From assembly GCA_030693145.1 (NCBI GenBank), contig JAUYBI010000015.1:8619-72618 (forward strand): DNA of 64,000 bases, written 5' to 3'. This document shows, one piece after another, positions 59,831 through 64,000 of the stretch. The notes beneath the pieces were generated by a model. The model searched no databases. It saw nothing but the letters and a program-made list of their open reading frames with translations, and had not been told where the DNA came from. The number at the start of each line of letters is the position of its first letter. Position 1 is the stretch's first letter. Origin of the DNA: Candidatus Omnitrophota bacterium. Lineage in GTDB: Bacteria > Omnitrophota > Gorgyraeia > Gygaellales > Profunditerraquicolaceae. The position numbers and the translations under genes are program-made.

Positions 59831-60316
59831 ATGTTAGAACTCAAAATAGTGAAGATTGATAAACCTGCGGATTTGAATTTTATTTTAGGGCAAAGCCATT
59901 TCATTAAAACCGTAGAGGACCTTTATGAAGCTTTAGTAAATAATGTTCCCGGGATAAAGTTTGGTTTGGCTTTTGCTGAAGCATCCGGGGCATGCAAAAT
60001 CAGAAGCGAAGGCAATGATCCGGCTCTGGTAGATCTGGCCTGTAAGAATATGCTGGAACTTGGCTGCGGGCATAGCTTTATTGTCTTTCTTAAAGAGGCG
60101 TATCCGATCAATGTTTTGAATGCCATTAAAAACATCCCTGAGGTATGCAATATATATTGTGCTACGGCCAATCCTGCAGAAGTAATTGTGGCCCAGAGCC
60201 AGGCCGGCCGCGGGATATTAGGAGTGATTGATGGGGCAATTCCTCAAGGGTTGGAAGAGGCAACAGATATCGCCTGGCGTAAGAATCTCTTACGTAAAAT
60301 TGGCTATAAGCTTTAG
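59831..60316 (+). CDS. DUF355 adenosine-specific kinase-like protein
   Basis: NFILGQSHFIKTVEDL, FGLAFAEASG, CATANP, GRGILGVIDG. Confidence 0.85.
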   Translation: MLELKIVKIDKPADLNFILGQSHFIKTVEDLYEALVNNVPGIKFGLAFAEASGACKIRSEGNDPALVDLACKNMLELGCGHSFIVFLKEAYPINVLNAIKNIPEVCNIYCATANPAEVIVAQSQAGRGILGVIDGAIPQGLEEATDIAWRKNLLRKIGYKL

Positions 60317-60513
60317 GCATTATAATAAACTCTGCGGATTTTTATTAATTGTCAAGTAGAGTAGGGTGGGTTTAAACCTCCCCTACAGCTTATTAACAAC
60401 TGTAGGGTGGGTTTAAACCCACCCTACAGTTGAAAGTCAGGTGTGAATTGTCAGGGTTGATTTTTCTTGCAATTTAAGGGCAGTTTGCTATAATTTGTTT
60501 AACTTAAATCAAA

Positions 60514-61425
60514 ATGGACTCTAAAAAAATTCGTAAGGGCTTTAGCCGTTTTGCGGCTTGGCTGGGAATAAATATATGCTCTTTGATAGTTAAGGTTATT
60601 CCGGCAACTTATCTTTACGCCTTTGCTAAAAATATTGCCGCTTTAGCGTATTTTTTTGCCAAAAAACAGAGAAAAATTGCTTTAGATAGTTTAAGTATTG
60701 CTTTTGGTAAAGAAAAGTCTTATCAAGAAATTGAAAGAATCGCTAAAGATTGCTTTATTTATATGGCTAAAAGCGCGGTGGAATTGATGTTCTTTTTTGA
60801 TAAACCGCAGGCTTTAAGAAATCGGGTTCAGATTCAGGGCCGGGAAAATCTCGATAAAGCATTAGCTTGCGGCCGGGGTGTTATTCTGGTGAGCGCGCAT
60901 TTTGGTAATTTTCCGCTGCTCTTAGGAAGACTGGCAGTGGAGGGTTATAAAACCGGCGGAATTATGAAGCCGATGCACGATGCCAGGATGGAAAAAATCT
61001 TCCTTAAAAAAAGGGAGAGGTTTGGGGTGAGGACTATTTACAGCCAGCCGCGTAATGAGTGCGTGAATAAGTCGATTAATGCCCTGCGTAATAATGAATT
61101 GCTTTTTATTCCTATTGATCAGAATTTTGGAACCGGGGGAGTATTCGTAGATTTCTTCGGACAAAAAGCAGCCACGGCTACCGGCCCGGTGATCTTGGCG
61201 CAGAGGACGAAAGCCGCGCTGATTCCATGTTTTATTATCAGGCAGCCCGATGATCAACACAAGATAATTTTTGAAACAGAGTTAAAATTAGAAGAAGGTA
61301 AGGGCTCTGAGGATGTTATTCTGGTAAATATTCAGAAGCTTACGCGTATAATTGAGTCTTATATACGTGCATATCCTGCGGAGTGGGGTTGGATCCATCG
61401 CAGATGGAAAAGTAAACCCCGTTAA
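60514..61425 (+). CDS. Lipid A lauroyl/lysophospholipid acyltransferase (LpxL/HtrB family)
   Basis: SAHFGN, DQ, VDFFG, P.EW.WIHRRWK. Confidence 0.88.
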   Translation: MDSKKIRKGFSRFAAWLGINICSLIVKVIPATYLYAFAKNIAALAYFFAKKQRKIALDSLSIAFGKEKSYQEIERIAKDCFIYMAKSAVELMFFFDKPQALRNRVQIQGRENLDKALACGRGVILVSAHFGNFPLLLGRLAVEGYKTGGIMKPMHDARMEKIFLKKRERFGVRTIYSQPRNECVNKSINALRNNELLFIPIDQNFGTGGVFVDFFGQKAATATGPVILAQRTKAALIPCFIIRQPDDQHKIIFETELKLEEGKGSEDVILVNIQKLTRIIESYIRAYPAEWGWIHRRWKSKPR

Positions 61426-61599
61426 ATAGAGACAGTGTAACAAACCTTGTTGATTTTCAATAGTAGGGGAGGTTCCTGCCTACCGGCAAGTAGGTAAACT
61501 TCCCCCACTGCTTATTAACAATAGTAGGGTGGGTTTAAACCCACCCTACTGTACTTGACAATTGATAAAAGTCAGCAGAGTTTAATATAATGTCTAAAT

Positions 61600-61695
61600 A
61601 GACATTCGGCGCTAAGTGGAATTGCGCCGGTGTTGTGTTACTACGCGAGACACCCGGCGCTTATTGGAATTGCGCCGGTGTTATGTATCTACATA
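61600..61695 (+). other. Two tandem 48-bp stem-loop units in the 5' leader of a small membrane protein gene
   Basis: GACAyyCGGCGC-loop(TGGAATT)-GCGCCGGTGTT at 61601 and 61649. Confidence 0.65.
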
Positions 61696-61707
61696 AGGAG
61701 GTGTTTA

Positions 61708-61932
61708 ATGGCAGCAGAAGAGAAAAAATGTTGTGGCACAGAAAAGAAGTGTTGCGATCCTAAAAAGGCCTTAGCTACACTTTTTAAGGTTGTTTTAGGC
61801 CTGGCGTTTCTGGTTTTAGGAGGCTGGGCAATTTTGAAGTTTTGGGGAGAGCTTCTGGTGATGATCAAAGGTTGCATTGGTTTATTCTTGATTTTAGCCG
61901 GTGTAATTACTTTAGCCATCGCTAAGGAATAA
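61708..61932 (+). CDS. Small 2-TM membrane protein with an (EKKCC)2 N-terminus
   Basis: RBS AAGGAGG; MAAEEKKCCGTEKKCCDPKK followed by two hydrophobic helices. Confidence 0.75.
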   Translation: MAAEEKKCCGTEKKCCDPKKALATLFKVVLGLAFLVLGGWAILKFWGELLVMIKGCIGLFLILAGVITLAIAKE

Positions 61933-62016
61933 AAAAATAAGGGGGACGGTTCTATTTTTCCGCCTGGCTTCTGGGTAAAAATAGAACCGTCTCCATGTTT
62001 TAAATTCTAAAAATAG

Positions 62017-63025
62017 TTGAAAAACCTTTCCTCAAAGCTGCTTTCTTTATTTCTATTGGCCTTTTCCCTGGGGGCGGGTGCTAGTTTTTCCGGAATGAAC
62101 GCGCATCAGTCTCTGTCTATAGGTATATTCTCCGCTTCAATTTTAGGGACTCTTTTCTTTTGGGATTTCCGCCTCAGTTTTGCTTTTATCGGCACCTCAA
62201 TATTATTAATGACTAAGACCATTGACTTGGAGCATGTCATTGAATTTTCATCGCTGGAGGTAATTCTTTTCCTGGTAGGGATGATGGTGATTATCGGGTT
62301 ATTAAAAGATTCCGGAGTTTTTGCCTGGATTGTCAGCCTGATGTTACGGATTCCAAAATTAACCGGTAAAAAATTTGTTTTGCTTATTGGTTTCTTATCT
62401 GCCTTGCTTGCCTGTACGATTGACGAAGTAACCTCGATTATTTTTATGGTGGTAGCGGTCTTAGAAATTTGCGATTATTTTGAGGTTAATCCGGTGCCTT
62501 TTGTGATTATTTCTGTTTTGGCGACCAATATTGGATCTGCGGCTACGGTTCTGGGAAATCCCATCGGCATACTTATTGCTTCCAAATCCGGCTTGACCTT
62601 TGAAGACTTTATCACCAAAGCTTTCCCTTTGGCTTTGCTTTGTTTAGCCGTTACTATTTTTATTCTTTTGTTTTGGTATAGAAAATCCATAAAATTTCTG
62701 GATGCGCAGATGGGTAAGCGCGATAGGTTCAAGTGTTTTGGATAATGTCGTTCTGGTGGCGGCTTTTATTCCTGTAGTCCAGGGTTTTGGAAATTTAAAT
62801 ATTAATTTACAGCCGTTGTGGTGGGCCTTGCTTTTTGGCGGCTGTCTGGGCGGCAATATTACGCTGATCGGCTCTACCGCTAATATTGTGGCTATCGGGA
62901 TTTTAGAGAAGGAAAAACGCCTGAAGATAAGTTTCCTGGATTGGTTTTGGGTGGGCTTGAGTGTGGGCTTAGTTACTACCCTGGTGGTTATGGCAGCGCT
63001 TGTTTTTCTGCCGTTTTATAGATAA
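62017..63025 (+). pseudogene. ArsB/NhaD/CitMHS (IT superfamily) transporter with internal deletion and frameshift near 62710
   Basis: N-half (TNIGSAATVLGNP) jumps frame directly to the C-terminal WVSA...SSVLDNV...GGNITLIGSTAN segment. Confidence 0.7.
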
Positions 63026-63081
63026 CTTGACAAGTAAGAAAACTTGTGATAATTTGAAGACAACCTTAGAGGAGGTATAAG

Positions 63082-63741
63082 ATGAATTTGAAGAAAGCTG
63101 TTGTTTTATCCGGGCTTGCTATTGGAATGATGGTTACTGCGCAAATTGTCCTTGCCGAAGAGGCGGCGGTTGCACCCACAGATTCCGTGGTGATTACTTC
63201 TAATCAACAGGCTGCTTCACAAAAAGAGAACGATACGCAGTGGGCCTGGGGAGAGGTAACGAATTTAGACAATCAGGCTAAAACCATTACTTTAAAACAT
63301 CTTGATTATGAAACGGATCAAGAGAAGGAACTGGTTTTGGTTGTTGATGAAAAAACAGTCTTAGAAAATATTAAAGATTTTAATGAGTTGAAATTAAAAG
63401 ATACTTTAAGTGTTGACTATATGTTAGGAGCGGATAATAAAAATATTGTTAAGAATATTAGTTTTGAGAAACCGGATGCTGCATCTTCTGCGCCTGCGCC
63501 GGCGGTAGAAAATACCCAGCCGTTTACTCCGTCAATTAGCAAAGAGCAACCCGCGGTTGAGGCAGCGCAGCCGCCTGTACCTGCGCAGACAGTTGTTCCT
63601 AATTTAGCGCAGCCGGCAATTCAATCAGAAACACCCGTGGATTCATCTATCGCGGCAAATGCGGCGCCAGGGTCGATAGAGCCAGCCCCAGCACCGGTAG
63701 AATCAGGGCCAGTACCGGCTGTTCAGGAGCAAACCCAGTAA
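63082..63741 (+). CDS. Secreted protein, OB-like domain + Pro/Ala-rich tail
   Basis: Signal peptide, WGEV...TITLK...LK.D.LSVDY, low-complexity C-terminus; RBS GGAGG. Confidence 0.7.
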   Translation: MNLKKAVVLSGLAIGMMVTAQIVLAEEAAVAPTDSVVITSNQQAASQKENDTQWAWGEVTNLDNQAKTITLKHLDYETDQEKELVLVVDEKTVLENIKDFNELKLKDTLSVDYMLGADNKNIVKNISFEKPDAASSAPAPAVENTQPFTPSISKEQPAVEAAQPPVPAQTVVPNLAQPAIQSETPVDSSIAANAAPGSIEPAPAPVESGPVPAVQEQTQ

Positions 63742-63861
63742 TTATTCTTGATTATTTCACTCGCAAGGACTGCGTTAGATAAAAGCTGCAAGGTATTAAA
63801 ATTCGCGCATTAACTCATTCATTTAATAGGCAGGGCCTTAAAACCCTGCCTAAACTTTATT

Positions 63862-64000
63862 ATGGAAAATATAAAATTAATTATTTTCGATTTGGACGGT
63901 ACCTTAATAGATGCCTATGCGGCGATAAGCAACAGCTTCAATTATGTAATGCACAGATTAGGCCTAAAAACGCAAAGCGCAGGTTTAATCCGGAGTTTGG
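63862..64000 (+). CDS. HAD hydrolase (Gph-like), 5' partial
   Basis: MENIKLIIFDLDGTLID. Confidence 0.85.
   Translation, partial: MENIKLIIFDLDGTLIDAYAAISNSFNYVMHRLGLKTQSAGLIRSL

Noticed and set aside
59831-60316. Fluorinase/chlorinase candidate for the BGC
   Set aside because: Motifs match DUF355, not the DUF62/FlA family, and it is far from the cluster

Overview
Bacterial chromosomal window of moderate-to-low GC, almost all on the + strand. Gene content and order suggest Candidatus Omnitrophota/PVC, which is an inference and not verified. There are four blocks. (1) 1-12081: a divergent F-type ATPase set (c-end, b/delta fusion, alpha, gamma, beta, no epsilon) running directly into a T2SS/T4P-like operon (GspE, F, PilM/N, PilO, GspG, minor pseudopilins, GspK; no secretin here). 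(2) 12349-33758: a type II (aromatic) polyketide cluster with KS-alpha, CLF, ACP, cyclase, TcmN-like aromatase, SDR, B12-radical SAM, amidohydrolase and MFS. It continues into a remodelled nucleoside phosphorylase / MtnA-like isomerase / aldolase-SCP2 / aldehyde dehydrogenase / acyl-CoA ligase module and is interrupted by an accessory patch (two orphan genes, crcB-DUF190, HEPN-MNT and HTH-Doc toxin-antitoxin pairs). (3) tRNA-Leu(CAA) and tRNA-Ala(GGC), with an HTH/LAGLIDADG-like ORF that reads antisense through tRNA-Ala. (4) Housekeeping genes (rlmN, nfo, leuS, comEA/EC, bamD, lptE, holA, rpsT, murJ, uvrC, a degenerate PilT, frameshifted prfB, secA, lnt and others). Intergenic space is crowded with several families of palindromic REP/MITE-like elements. 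These supply RBSs and promoters, sit in-frame in genes, nest in one another, and lie next to short, synonymously diverged duplicates of gene ends. The best candidate for a new system is the PKS cluster whose SAM-salvage-like enzymes look re-tooled for a bulky hydrophobic 5'-substituent. All calls are by eye from motifs; no database searches were run.
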